Shown here in pieces: positions 41,524-52,559 of a stretch of DNA of 64,000 nt. The stretch is taken from assembly GCF_024502345.1 (NCBI RefSeq), contig NZ_JALDNN010000001.1; one strand, written 5' to 3'. The position numbers were made by a program, and so were the translations under genes. Numbering within the stretch: the first letter of the stretch is position 1; every line of letters begins with the position of its first letter. Under the pieces are notes generated by a model, which saw only the letters and a list, made by a program, of their open reading frames with translations, made no database searches and was not told where the DNA came from. This stretch comes from Escherichia coli. GTDB taxonomy: Bacteria > Pseudomonadota > Gammaproteobacteria > Enterobacterales > Enterobacteriaceae.

Positions 41524-44220
41524 TTACTGCCAGCCGTAACGACGGCTATAAAATCCTTTCACCAACTGGGTTAACGTCATATACCCTGCCAGAATCGCAA
41601 CCAGCCACGGGAAATAGCTTAACGGCAGCGCCTGTAATTGCAGATAACTGGCCAGCGGTGAAAACGGCAATGCGATCCCGACAATCATCACGATCACGGT
41701 CATGATCATTAACGGCCACGATGCACAGCTCTGAATAAACGGCACACGGCGGGTGCGGATCATATGCACAATCAGCGTTTGCGACAGTAATCCCACCACA
41801 AACCATCCCGACTGGAACAGCGTTTGCGTTTCCGGCGTGTTGGCATGGAATACCCACCACATCAGGCAAAACGTCAGAATATCGAAGATCGAGCTGATCG
41901 GTCCGAAGAAGATCATAAAGCGCCCCAGATCCGCTGGATTCCAACGCTGCGGCTTTTGAATTTGCTCGTCGTCGACATTATCAAACGGGATCGCCACCTG
42001 TGACACATCGTACAGCAGGTTCTGAATAAGCAAGTGTAACGGCAACATCGGCAGGAAGGGCAAGAAAGCACTCGCCACCAGCACGCTGAACACATTACCG
42101 AAGTTAGAACTCGCCGTCATTTTGATGTATTTCAGCATGTTGGCGAAAGTGCGACGTCCCTCAATAACCCCCTCTTCCAGCACCATCAGGCTTTTTTCCA
42201 GCAGGATGATATCAGCCGCTTCACGGGCAATATCTACCGCGCCGTCCACAGAAATGCCGATATCCGCCGCGCGTAAGGCGGGCGCATCATTAATACCATC
42301 GCCCATAAAGCCAACCACATGCCCTTCGCGCTTCAGTAAGGTCACAATGCGTTCTTTATGCATCGGCGTCAGGCGGGCAAACAGCGTGGTGCGCTGTGCA
42401 AGATTTGCCAGTTCGTCGTCAGATAGCGTTTCAATATCACTACCAATGACCACCTCTCCCGCGTCCAGCCCCACTTCATGGCACACTTTCGCTGCAACTA
42501 ACTCACTGTCGCCAGTAAGGATTTTTACGGTAATTCCACTCGCTTTTAATGCCTTCAGTGCCGGAGCGGTTGTCTCTTTTGGCGGATCAAGAAAAGCAAT
42601 ATATCCTTCAAGGATCAGGTCGGATTCATCCGCCCGCTGGTAATCTCCTTCACGCGCTGGCAGGTATTTCGTCGCCACCGCAACCACGCGCAGCCCCTGA
42701 CGATTCAGCGTATCAGTAACCCGCTTAATCTTACGCAGCATGATGTCATCGAGCGGCACAATCTCGCCATTGTGACGCACTTGCGAACACACATTGAGGA
42801 TTTCCTGCAATGCGCCTTTGCAAACCAGCTGATGGTGCTCGGTATTTTCTGCCACTACCACCGACATCCGGCGACGCTCGAAATCAAACGGAATCTCATC
42901 GATTTTTTGCCAACGACTGGCCAGCGAGCGCGCTGACTCTTCATCCGTACCTTCGAGCACCGCTGTATCGAGCAGGTTTTTAAGTCCGGTCTGATAATGA
43001 CTATTCAACCACGCGCTATGCAGCACGCGTTCGCTGGTTTTACCGGAGATATCGGTATGATTCTCCAGCACAATTTTATCCTGTGTCAGGGTGCCGGTTT
43101 TATCAGTGCACAGAATATCCATTGCGCCAAAGTTCTGAATAGCATCCAGATGTTTGACGATCACTTTCTGTTTCGACAGCTTTACTGCGCCGCGCGCCAG
43201 CGTCGAGGTAACAATCATCGGCAACATTTCCGGCGTTAGGCCTACCGCGACCGAAAGCGCAAACAGCGCCGCTTCCCACCAGTCGCCTTTGGTGTAACCA
43301 TTGATTAACAGCACCACCGGTGCCATCACCAGCATAAAGCGAATCAGCAGCATACTGACGCGGCTGATCCCTTGCTGAAAGGCATTCGGCTCGCTTTCCT
43401 GCTCACTAACACGCCCCGCCAGTTGACCAAACCAGGTATTGGCACCTGTAGCAATCACCATTGCTTGTGCTGTGCCGCTCACCACGGTGGTGCCCATAAA
43501 ACACAGCGTGTCGCACTCCAGCGGATTGCTGTGCTCCGGCTGGCGAGTGGTAGCGGCTTTTTCCACGGGCAGAGACTCACCGGTTAACGACGCCTGAGCG
43601 ACGAACAGATCCCGCGCCTGCAAGATACGTAAATCTGCCGGGATCATATCTCCCGCCGCCAGTTTTATAATATCGCCGGGCACCAGCTGGTCGATCGGGA
43701 TCTCCAGCCAGCCATTTTCGCCTTTGTCGTTAATTACGCGCAGCACCGTCGCTGTATTGCTGACCATCGCTTTCAGGGCATCTGCCGCTTTAGTGGAACG
43801 TGCTTCCTGAATAAAGTTCAGCAACGTTGAAATAGCGACCATTAGCGCGATAACGCCCGCGGCAAATAAATCTTCCGTGGCGTAAGAAATAGCGCCGAGA
43901 ATGGTGAGTAAAATATTAAAGGGGTTGCGATAGCAGACCCATAAATGTACCCACCACGGCGACGGTTGTTGTGCGGGTAATTTATTTTCACCATGTTGTT
44001 CGCGGGCAGATTCCACTTCCGCCTGATTTAACCCTTCCGGATGGGTGTCGAACGTTTTCCATAATTCTTCTTCGGGCATCACCGCCATTTTCAGGCAATG
44101 CGAACTTAAGGACGGCGGGACCGCCGTATTCACTGTCTGCTGCGCGCCAGGCAATGGATCACGATGAACCAGACGGGAAGGTAAATGGCGAATGAGCCGG
44201 GTAAAAATTTCTTTAAACAT
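41524..44220 (-). CDS. mgtA: Mg2+-importing P-type ATPase MgtA (898 aa)
   Basis: 898-aa ORF with the P-type ATPase phosphorylation motif DKTGTLT and TGD/GDGxND motifs. Confidence 0.95.
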   Translation of the reverse strand: MFKEIFTRLIRHLPSRLVHRDPLPGAQQTVNTAVPPSLSSHCLKMAVMPEEELWKTFDTHPEGLNQAEVESAREQHGENKLPAQQPSPWWVHLWVCYRNPFNILLTILGAISYATEDLFAAGVIALMVAISTLLNFIQEARSTKAADALKAMVSNTATVLRVINDKGENGWLEIPIDQLVPGDIIKLAAGDMIPADLRILQARDLFVAQASLTGESLPVEKAATTRQPEHSNPLECDTLCFMGTTVVSGTAQAMVIATGANTWFGQLAGRVSEQESEPNAFQQGISRVSMLLIRFMLVMAPVVLLINGYTKGDWWEAALFALSVAVGLTPEMLPMIVTSTLARGAVKLSKQKVIVKHLDAIQNFGAMDILCTDKTGTLTQDKIVLENHTDISGKTSERVLHSAWLNSHYQTGLKNLLDTAVLEGTDEESARSLASRWQKIDEIPFDFERRRMSVVVAENTEHHQLVCKGALQEILNVCSQVRHNGEIVPLDDIMLRKIKRVTDTLNRQGLRVVAVATKYLPAREGDYQRADESDLILEGYIAFLDPPKETTAPALKALKASGITVKILTGDSELVAAKVCHEVGLDAGEVVIGSDIETLSDDELANLAQRTTLFARLTPMHKERIVTLLKREGHVVGFMGDGINDAPALRAADIGISVDGAVDIAREAADIILLEKSLMVLEEGVIEGRRTFANMLKYIKMTASSNFGNVFSVLVASAFLPFLPMLPLHLLIQNLLYDVSQVAIPFDNVDDEQIQKPQRWNPADLGRFMIFFGPISSIFDILTFCLMWWVFHANTPETQTLFQSGWFVVGLLSQTLIVHMIRTRRVPFIQSCASWPLMIMTVIVMIVGIALPFSPLASYLQLQALPLSYFPWLVAILAGYMTLTQLVKGFYSRRYGWQ

Positions 44221-44480
44221 AAGGAGTCCCTCCGCACTGTCTGAAACAGTACAGAAATGTCTTCAGGCGTGGCGAAGCCTTACCTGAAGGTAATAAAGCT
44301 GAGCAGGGACGTTAAAACGTCACGGCCTTACGCATCCGGTAACGCCGTGAAAAGACGGGCTTACCGGAAAAGTTTTAATCTCCGTCGAGGGAGAGGCGTG
44401 GGATCAGGTTCCATATAACCTCCGGTAAGTGAAAAAAGCGCCGCAAATAATAAGGAGAATCCAATAATATTCGTAGCATC
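44221..44480 (-). promoter_or_regulatory. mgtA 5' leader (Mg2+/proline-responsive attenuation region)
   Basis: Long untranslated region between the mgtL peptide and mgtA start; assignment from established knowledge of the mgtA leader. Confidence 0.55.
44361..44414 (-). CDS. mgtL: mgtA leader peptide MgtL (17 aa)
   Basis: The last 17 codons of ORF 44361..44627 read [17 protein letters not shown], the proline-rich leader peptide. Confidence 0.7.
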
Positions 44481-44598
44481 TATGGCGATATAATACCTGC
44501 TGGCAACTAAACCAACGATAAACCAGACTTTACCCATTGCTGAATGCACGGGTAAAGTTAGGCTCAAATAATTAAACAACACGTTACGGGACAACAGG

Positions 44599-45546
44599 AT
44601 GCAAAATCGGCTGACCATCAAAGACATCGCGCGCTTAAGCGGCGTGGGGAAATCTACGGTTTCCCGGGTGCTGAATAACGAAAGCGGCGTGAGCCAGCGT
44701 ACGCGCGAGCGTGTTGAAGCAGTGATGAATCAGCATGGATTTTCCCCTTCCCGTTCTGCACGCGCTATGCGTGGGCAAAGCGATAAAGTGGTCGCCATCA
44801 TTGTCACCCGTCTGGATTCGTTGTCAGAAAATCTCGCCGTTCAAACCATGCTGCCAGCGTTCTATGAACAAGGTTACGATCCAATCATGATGGAAAGTCA
44901 GTTTTCCCCGCAATTAGTTGCCGAACATTTGGGGGTGCTGAAACGGCGTAATATCGACGGCGTAGTGCTGTTCGGTTTTACCGGCATAACCGAAGAAATG
45001 TTAGCCCACTGGCAGTCATCGCTGGTTCTGCTGGCACGTGACGCTAAAGGCTTTGCTTCGGTCTGTTATGACGACGAAGGGGCAATCAAGATCCTGATGC
45101 AACGGCTGTATGACCAGGGGCATCGTAATATCAGTTATCTCGGCGTGCCGCACAGTGACGTGACGACCGGTAAGCGACGTCACGAAGCCTACCTGGCGTT
45201 CTGCAAAGCGCATAAACTGCATCCCGTTGCCGCTCTGCCAGGCCTTGCTATGAAGCAAGGCTATGAGAACGTAGCAAAAGTGATTACGCCTGAAACTACC
45301 GCCTTACTGTGCGCAACCGACACGCTGGCACTTGGCGCAAGTAAATACCTGCAAGAGCAACGCATCGACACCTTGCAACTGGCGAGCGTCGGTAATACGC
45401 CGTTAATGAAATTCCTCCATCCGGAGATCGTCACCGTAGATCCCGGTTACGCCGAAGCTGGACGCCAGGCGGCCTGCCAGTTGATCGCACAGGTAACCGG
45501 GCGCAGCGAACCGCAACAAATCATCATCCCCGCCACCCTGTCCTGA
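44599..45546 (+). CDS. treR: Trehalose operon repressor TreR (LacI family, 315 aa)
   Basis: MQNRLTIKDIARLSGVGKSTVSRVLNNESGVSQRTRERVEAVMNQHGFSPS... helix-turn-helix N-terminus. Confidence 0.9.
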   Translation: MQNRLTIKDIARLSGVGKSTVSRVLNNESGVSQRTRERVEAVMNQHGFSPSRSARAMRGQSDKVVAIIVTRLDSLSENLAVQTMLPAFYEQGYDPIMMESQFSPQLVAEHLGVLKRRNIDGVVLFGFTGITEEMLAHWQSSLVLLARDAKGFASVCYDDEGAIKILMQRLYDQGHRNISYLGVPHSDVTTGKRRHEAYLAFCKAHKLHPVAALPGLAMKQGYENVAKVITPETTALLCATDTLALGASKYLQEQRIDTLQLASVGNTPLMKFLHPEIVTVDPGYAEAGRQAACQLIAQVTGRSEPQQIIIPATLS

Positions 45547-45664
45547 TCGTTTCCTGAACGATAAATTGTGATCTTCGCTGCGTTTCGGGAACGTTCCCGT
45601 TTTTAAATTTTTCCGCGCAATATATTCTGCAACCAACCAAAAATGTCATCTGCCATGGGGCTTT

Positions 45665-47086
45665 ATGATGAGCAAAATAAACCAAACGGATATCGATCGG
45701 TTGATTGAACTGGTCGGCGGGCGCGGCAATATTGCGACGGTGAGCCACTGTATTACTCGCCTGCGCTTTGTCCTCAACCAACCGGCCAATGCCAGACCGA
45801 AAGAAATTGAGCAACTCCCCATGGTGAAAGGCTGTTTCACCAATGCCGGGCAATTTCAGGTGGTGATTGGCACCAACGTGGGTGATTACTATCAAGCACT
45901 GATAGCGTCAACCGGACAGGCGCAGGTTGATAAAGAGCAGGTAAAAAAAGCCGCCCGGCAGAATATGAAATGGCATGAGCAGTTGATCTCTCATTTCGCG
46001 GAGATCTTCTTCCCGTTGCTGCCCGCGTTGATCAGCGGCGGTTTGATCCTCGGTTTTCGCAATGTGATCGGCGATTTGCCCATGAGCAACGGTCAAACGC
46101 TGGCGCAAATGTACCCTTCCCTGCAAACGATCTACGATTTTCTGTGGTTGATCGGTGAAGCGATCTTCTTCTACCTGCCGGTCGGGATTTGCTGGTCAGC
46201 GGTGAAAAAAATGGGCGGCACGCCGATCCTTGGTATCGTACTTGGCGTAACGCTGGTTTCTCCACAGCTGATGAACGCTTATCTGCTCGGACAGCAGCTG
46301 CCGGAAGTGTGGGACTTTGGCATGTTCAGCATCGCCAAAGTGGGCTATCAGGCGCAGGTGATCCCGGCACTATTAGCCGGGCTGGCGCTGGGCGTTATTG
46401 AAACTCGCCTTAAACGCATCGTGCCAGATTACCTCTATCTGGTGGTGGTGCCCGTCTGTTCGCTGATCCTCGCGGTGTTCCTCGCCCATGCGCTGATTGG
46501 TCCGTTTGGTCGCATGATTGGCGATGGCGTTGCCTTTGCGGTACGTCACCTGATGACCGGCAGCTTTGCTCCGATTGGCGCGGCATTGTTTGGCTTCCTG
46601 TACGCCCCGCTGGTGATCACCGGGGTACACCAGACCACGCTTGCTATTGATTTGCAGATGATTCAAAGCATGGGTGGTACGCCAGTGTGGCCGCTGATTG
46701 CGCTGTCGAATATCGCTCAGGGCTCCGCCGTGATAGGCATTATCATTTCCAGCCGCAAGCACAATGAACGCGAGATCTCCGTGCCTGCGGCGATCTCCGC
46801 CTGGCTTGGGGTCACTGAGCCTGCAATGTACGGCATCAACCTGAAATATCGCTTCCCGATGCTGTGCGCGATGATTGGTTCTGGTCTGGCAGGATTGCTA
46901 TGCGGCCTGAACGGCGTTATGGCGAATGGCATCGGCGTAGGCGGCCTGCCGGGAATTCTCTCGATTCAACCGAGCTACTGGCAGGTGTTTGCGCTGGCAA
47001 TGGCTATCGCCATCATCATCCCGATTGTACTCACCTCGTTTATCTACCAGCGGAAATACCGCCTGGGCACGCTGGACATTGTTTAA
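45665..47086 (+). CDS. treB: PTS trehalose-specific EIIBC component TreB (473 aa)
   Basis: MMSKINQTDIDRLIELVGGRGNIATVSHCITRLRF... EIIB cysteine motif followed by a multi-pass EIIC domain. Confidence 0.9.
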   Translation: MMSKINQTDIDRLIELVGGRGNIATVSHCITRLRFVLNQPANARPKEIEQLPMVKGCFTNAGQFQVVIGTNVGDYYQALIASTGQAQVDKEQVKKAARQNMKWHEQLISHFAEIFFPLLPALISGGLILGFRNVIGDLPMSNGQTLAQMYPSLQTIYDFLWLIGEAIFFYLPVGICWSAVKKMGGTPILGIVLGVTLVSPQLMNAYLLGQQLPEVWDFGMFSIAKVGYQAQVIPALLAGLALGVIETRLKRIVPDYLYLVVVPVCSLILAVFLAHALIGPFGRMIGDGVAFAVRHLMTGSFAPIGAALFGFLYAPLVITGVHQTTLAIDLQMIQSMGGTPVWPLIALSNIAQGSAVIGIIISSRKHNEREISVPAAISAWLGVTEPAMYGINLKYRFPMLCAMIGSGLAGLLCGLNGVMANGIGVGGLPGILSIQPSYWQVFALAMAIAIIIPIVLTSFIYQRKYRLGTLDIV

Positions 47087-47135
47087 TTTTCTTCGGGGCG
47101 CAATTGCGCCCCCTCGCATTTGCAGGAATAACGTA

Positions 47136-48791
47136 ATGACTAATCTTCCCCACTGGTGGCAAAACGGCGTTATCTACCAGATTTATCCAAAGAGTTTTCA
47201 GGACACCACGGGTAGCGGCACCGGCGATTTACGTGGCGTTATCCAACGCCTGGACTATCTGCATAAACTGGGCGTTGATGCCATCTGGCTAACCCCCTTT
47301 TATATCTCTCCCCAGGTCGATAACGGTTACGACGTAGCGAACTATACGGCGATTGATCCCATCTACGGCACGCTGGACGATTTTGACGAACTGGTGACGC
47401 AGGCAAAATCGCGCGGGATTCGTATCATTCTCGATATGGTGTTTAACCATACCTCTACCCAACATGCCTGGTTTCGCGAGGCGCTGAACAAAGAAAGCCC
47501 TTACCGCCAGTTTTATATCTGGCGCGATGGCGAACCAGAAACGCCACCGAACAACTGGCGTTCAAAATTTGGCGGTAGTGCGTGGCGCTGGCATGCGGAA
47601 AGCGAACAGTACTATTTGCATCTCTTTGCACCAGAGCAGGCGGATCTCAACTGGGAGAATCCAGCGGTACGCGCAGAGCTGAAAAAAGTCTGTGAATTCT
47701 GGGCCGATCGTGGGGTCGACGGGTTGCGCCTGGATGTGGTGAATCTGATCTCCAAAGACCCGCGTTTCCCTGAAGACCTGGATGGCGACGGGCGTCGCTT
47801 CTACACCGACGGGCCACGAGCACACGAGTTTTTGCACGAGATGAACCGCGATGTGTTTACGCCACGCGGGTTAATGACCGTAGGTGAAATGTCCTCCACC
47901 AGCCTTGAGCATTGCCAGCGATACGCGGCACTGACAGGCAGTGAATTGTCGATGACCTTTAATTTTCATCACCTGAAGGTCGATTATCCCGGTGGTGAAA
48001 AATGGACGCTGGCTAAACCTGACTTTGTGGCGTTGAAAACATTGTTCCGCCACTGGCAACAAGGAATGCACAACGTGGCATGGAATGCCTTGTTCTGGTG
48101 TAACCACGATCAGCCGCGCATTGTTTCTCGCTTTGGTGATGAAGGTGAATACCGCGTGCCTGCGGCAAAAATGCTGGCGATGGTGCTGCATGGCATGCAG
48201 GGAACGCCGTATATCTACCAGGGCGAAGAGATTGGCATGACCAACCCGCATTTCACGCGCATTACTGACTATCGCGACGTGGAGAGCCTCAATATGTTTG
48301 CCGAGCTGCGCAACGATGGGCGTGATGCCGACGAGTTATTGGCAATCCTCGCCAGTAAATCCCGTGACAACAGCCGCACGCCCATGCAATGGAGCAACGG
48401 CGATAATGCCGGGTTTACGGCTGGCGAACCGTGGATTAGCCTGGGCGATAACTATCAACAAATCAACGTAGAAGCCGCGCTGGCCGATGATGCCTCGGTG
48501 TTTTACACCTACCAAAAGTTAATCGCACTGCGTAAGCAGGAAGCCATCCTGACATGGGGCAATTACCAGGATCTGCTGCCAAACAGCCCTGTATTGTGGT
48601 GCTATCGCCGTGAATGGAAGGGGCAAACCTTGCTGGTCATTGCCAACCTTAGCCGTGAGATCCAACCCTGGCAGCCAGGGCAAATGCGCGGTAACTGGCA
48701 GCTTGTGATGCATAACTACGAAGAAGCCTCACCACAACCCTGTGCCATGAATTTACGGCCTTTTGAGGCTGTCTGGTGGTTACAGAAGTAA
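47136..48791 (+). CDS. treC: Trehalose-6-phosphate hydrolase TreC (551 aa)
   Basis: MTNLPHWWQNGVIYQIYPKSFQDTTGSGTGDLRGV...; GH13 motifs (DAIWLTPF, GVDGLRLDVV); start set at the internal ATG. Confidence 0.9.
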   Translation: MTNLPHWWQNGVIYQIYPKSFQDTTGSGTGDLRGVIQRLDYLHKLGVDAIWLTPFYISPQVDNGYDVANYTAIDPIYGTLDDFDELVTQAKSRGIRIILDMVFNHTSTQHAWFREALNKESPYRQFYIWRDGEPETPPNNWRSKFGGSAWRWHAESEQYYLHLFAPEQADLNWENPAVRAELKKVCEFWADRGVDGLRLDVVNLISKDPRFPEDLDGDGRRFYTDGPRAHEFLHEMNRDVFTPRGLMTVGEMSSTSLEHCQRYAALTGSELSMTFNFHHLKVDYPGGEKWTLAKPDFVALKTLFRHWQQGMHNVAWNALFWCNHDQPRIVSRFGDEGEYRVPAAKMLAMVLHGMQGTPYIYQGEEIGMTNPHFTRITDYRDVESLNMFAELRNDGRDADELLAILASKSRDNSRTPMQWSNGDNAGFTAGEPWISLGDNYQQINVEAALADDASVFYTYQKLIALRKQEAILTWGNYQDLLPNSPVLWCYRREWKGQTLLVIANLSREIQPWQPGQMRGNWQLVMHNYEEASPQPCAMNLRPFEAVWWLQK

Positions 48792-48803
48792 ATCTTCCCT
48801 AAG

Positions 48804-48836
48804 CCCCGGTAATGCCGGTCATTCCGGGGTTTTGTC
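48804..48836 (+). terminator. Rho-independent terminator after treC
   Basis: Hairpin ccccggtaatgccggtcattccgggg followed by ttttgt. Confidence 0.6.
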
Positions 48837-49184
48837 TGTCAGCATGTTGTTTTTGTTGATTTTTCAACCAGAAAATTCATTAAAAAATTTACATAACGCT
48901 GTAGCGCCCGTCATCCGTACGCTCTGCTTTTTACTTTGAGCTACATCAAAAAAAGTTAAAACATCCTTGATGCAAAGCACTATATATAGACTTTAAAATG
49001 CGTCCCAACCCAATATGTTGTATTAATCGACTATAATTGCTACTACAGCTCCCCACGAAAAAGGTGCGGCGTTGTGGATAAGCGGATGGCGATTGCGGAA
49101 AGCACCGGAAAACGAAACGAAAAAACCGGAAAACGCCTTTCCCAATTTCTGTGGATAACCTGTTCTTAAAAATATGGAGCGATC

Positions 49185-51323
49185 ATGACACCGCATGTGA
49201 TGAAACGAGACGGCTGCAAAGTGCCGTTTAAATCAGAGCGCATCAAAGAAGCGATTCTGCGTGCAGCTAAAGCAGCGGAAGTCGATGATGCCGATTATTG
49301 CGCCACTGTTGCCGCGGTTGTCAGCGAGCAGATGCAGGGCCGCAACCAGGTGGATATCAACGAGATCCAGACCGCAGTTGAAAACCAGCTGATGTCGGGT
49401 CCATACAAACAACTGGCTCGTGCTTACATCGAGTACCGTCACGATCGCGACATTGAACGTGAAAAACGCGGTCGCCTGAACCAGGAGATCCGTGGTCTGG
49501 TCGAGCAGACCAACTCCTCGTTGCTCAACGAAAACGCCAACAAAGACAGCAAGGTGATTCCAACCCAGCGCGACCTGCTGGCCGGGATCGTGGCTAAACA
49601 CTATGCACGCCAGCACCTGCTGCCGCGTGACGTGGTGCAGGCACATGAGCGTGGCGATATTCACTATCACGATCTCGATTACTCGCCGTTCTTCCCGATG
49701 TTCAACTGCATGTTGATCGACCTGAAAGGCATGCTGACCCAGGGCTTTAAGATGGGGAACGCCGAGATTGAACCGCCGAAGTCGATCTCTACGGCAACCG
49801 CGGTAACTGCGCAGATTATTGCTCAGGTCGCCAGCCATATTTATGGCGGCACCACCATTAACCGTATCGATGAAGTGCTGGCGCCGTTTGTCACCGCCAG
49901 CTACAACAAACATCGCAAGACCGCAGAAGAGTGGAACATCCCGGACGCCGAAGGCTACGCTAACTCTCGTACCATCAAAGAGTGCTACGATGCCTTCCAG
50001 TCGCTGGAGTACGAAGTAAACACCCTGCACACCGCCAACGGTCAGACGCCGTTTGTAACCTTTGGTTTTGGTCTGGGCACCAGCTGGGAATCGCGCCTGA
50101 TTCAGGAATCGATCCTGCGTAACCGTATCGCAGGCCTCGGTAAAAACCGTAAAACTGCGGTGTTCCCGAAACTGGTGTTTGCGATTCGCGATGGCCTGAA
50201 CCATAAAAAAGGCGATCCGAACTACGACATCAAACAGCTGGCGCTGGAGTGCGCAAGCAAGCGCATGTATCCGGATATCCTGAACTACGATCAGGTAGTG
50301 AAAGTCACCGGTTCGTTTAAAACCCCGATGGGCTGCCGCAGCTTCCTCGGCGTGTGGGAAAATGAAAACGGCGAGCAGATCCACGATGGTCGTAACAACC
50401 TCGGCGTGATCAGCCTGAACCTGCCGCGTATTGCTCTGGAAGCAAAAGGCGATGAAGCCACCTTCTGGAAGCTGCTGGATGAACGTCTGGTGCTGGCACG
50501 TAAGGCACTGATGACCCGTATCGCTCGTCTCGAAGGCGTGAAAGCGCGCGTGGCCCCGATCCTCTATATGGAAGGTGCTTGTGGCGTACGTCTGAATGCT
50601 GACGATGATGTTTCTGAAATCTTCAAAAACGGTCGTGCGTCTATTTCGCTGGGTTACATCGGCATCCACGAAACCATTAACGCGCTGTTCGGCGGCGAGC
50701 ATGTTTACGACAACGAGCAGCTTCGCGCGAAAGGTATCGCCATTGTTGAACGTCTGCGTCAGGCAGTGGATCAGTGGAAAGAAGAAACGGGTTATGGTTT
50801 CAGTCTCTACAGCACGCCGAGTGAAAACCTGTGCGACCGCTTCTGCCGTCTCGATACTGCTGAGTTTGGCGTGGTGCCGGGCGTGACCGATAAAGGTTAC
50901 TACACCAACAGTTTCCACCTTGATGTGGAGAAGAAGGTGAACCCGTACGACAAGATCGACTTTGAAGCGCCTTACCCGCCGCTGGCGAACGGTGGTTTCA
51001 TTTGCTACGGCGAGTATCCAAACATTCAGCACAACCTGAAAGCGCTGGAAGATGTCTGGGATTACAGCTATCAGCATGTACCGTATTACGGCACCAATAC
51101 ACCGATTGATGAGTGCTACGAGTGTGGCTTTACCGGTGAGTTCGAGTGCACCAGCAAAGGCTTCACCTGCCCGAAATGTGGTAACCATGACGCCTCCCGT
51201 GTGTCGGTAACTCGCCGCGTGTGCGGATATTTAGGTAGCCCGGATGCACGTCCGTTTAACGCCGGCAAGCAGGAAGAAGTTAAGCGCCGCGTTAAACATT
51301 TGGGAAATGGGCAGATAGGTTAA
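49185..51323 (+). CDS. nrdD: Anaerobic ribonucleoside-triphosphate reductase NrdD (712 aa)
   Basis: MTPHVMKRDGCKVPFKSERIKEAILRAAKAAEV...; C-terminal glycyl-radical region and CxxC...CxxC zinc ribbon. Confidence 0.95.
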   Translation: MTPHVMKRDGCKVPFKSERIKEAILRAAKAAEVDDADYCATVAAVVSEQMQGRNQVDINEIQTAVENQLMSGPYKQLARAYIEYRHDRDIEREKRGRLNQEIRGLVEQTNSSLLNENANKDSKVIPTQRDLLAGIVAKHYARQHLLPRDVVQAHERGDIHYHDLDYSPFFPMFNCMLIDLKGMLTQGFKMGNAEIEPPKSISTATAVTAQIIAQVASHIYGGTTINRIDEVLAPFVTASYNKHRKTAEEWNIPDAEGYANSRTIKECYDAFQSLEYEVNTLHTANGQTPFVTFGFGLGTSWESRLIQESILRNRIAGLGKNRKTAVFPKLVFAIRDGLNHKKGDPNYDIKQLALECASKRMYPDILNYDQVVKVTGSFKTPMGCRSFLGVWENENGEQIHDGRNNLGVISLNLPRIALEAKGDEATFWKLLDERLVLARKALMTRIARLEGVKARVAPILYMEGACGVRLNADDDVSEIFKNGRASISLGYIGIHETINALFGGEHVYDNEQLRAKGIAIVERLRQAVDQWKEETGYGFSLYSTPSENLCDRFCRLDTAEFGVVPGVTDKGYYTNSFHLDVEKKVNPYDKIDFEAPYPPLANGGFICYGEYPNIQHNLKALEDVWDYSYQHVPYYGTNTPIDECYECGFTGEFECTSKGFTCPKCGNHDASRVSVTRRVCGYLGSPDARPFNAGKQEEVKRRVKHLGNGQIG

Positions 51324-51344
51324 TCTTCACTCTGCGCTAAGCAA

Positions 51345-51445
<101 letters not shown>

Positions 51446-51480
51446 CAGTCTACACGCGGACTGATAAGCCAGGCGAAATA

Positions 51481-51945
51481 ATGAATTATCATCAGTACTA
51501 TCCTGTCGACATCGTCAACGGCCCCGGCACTCGTTGCACCCTGTTTGTCTCCGGGTGTGTTCATGAATGCCCCGGTTGCTATAACAAAAGCACATGGCGG
51601 GTAAATTCCGGTCAGCCATTTACTAAAGCAATGGAAGACCAGATCATTAACGATCTGAATGACACTCGTATCAAACGCCAGGGTATTTCCCTCTCCGGCG
51701 GCGATCCGCTGCATCCGCAAAACGTGCCGGATATTCTGAAACTGGTACAACGCATCCGCGCCGAGTGTCCGGGTAAAGACATCTGGGTGTGGACAGGCTA
51801 TAAACTCGACGAACTCAACGCAGCGCAAATGCAGGTTGTTGATTTGATTAACGTGCTGGTCGACGGCAAATTTGTGCAGGATTTAAAAGACCCTTCCCTG
51901 ATCTGGCGCGGCAGCAGCAATCAGGTGGTGCATCATTTGCGATGA
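51481..51945 (+). CDS. nrdG: Anaerobic RNR activating protein NrdG (154 aa)
   Basis: MNYHQYYPVDIVNGPGTRCTLFVSGCVHECPGCYNKSTW... radical-SAM cysteine cluster. Confidence 0.9.
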   Translation: MNYHQYYPVDIVNGPGTRCTLFVSGCVHECPGCYNKSTWRVNSGQPFTKAMEDQIINDLNDTRIKRQGISLSGGDPLHPQNVPDILKLVQRIRAECPGKDIWVWTGYKLDELNAAQMQVVDLINVLVDGKFVQDLKDPSLIWRGSSNQVVHHLR

Positions 51946-51950
51946 TAAGT

Positions 51951-51980
51951 TCCCTGTTACCTGAGTGCAGGCAACAGGGA
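51951..51980. terminator. Bidirectional terminator-like hairpin between convergent nrdG and cybC
   Basis: tccctgttacctgagtgcaggcaacaggga (8-bp perfect stem); no strong T-run. Confidence 0.4.
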
Positions 51981-51989
51981 AATGAGGAA

Positions 51990-52379
<390 letters not shown>

Positions 52380-52559
52380 TCACTTCCTTTTTTATTTACA
52401 CTTCATCCTTCACACTGCCTCATCGACGACTACGCTCATTCGACCGGGTCACGTACTGCGAGTACGCTCCCCGGCCCTCATTCACTTTCCGTCTCGATGC
52501 AGTGCGAATGATTTTGTGTAATTTTTTAGTTTATAGCGCGGCAGGTCGCGCCAGTTTTT

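Noticed and set aside
44361-44627. 88-aa ORF upstream of mgtA
   Set aside because: Only the last 17 codons ([17 protein letters not shown]) correspond to the known mgtL leader peptide; the remainder is leader RNA.
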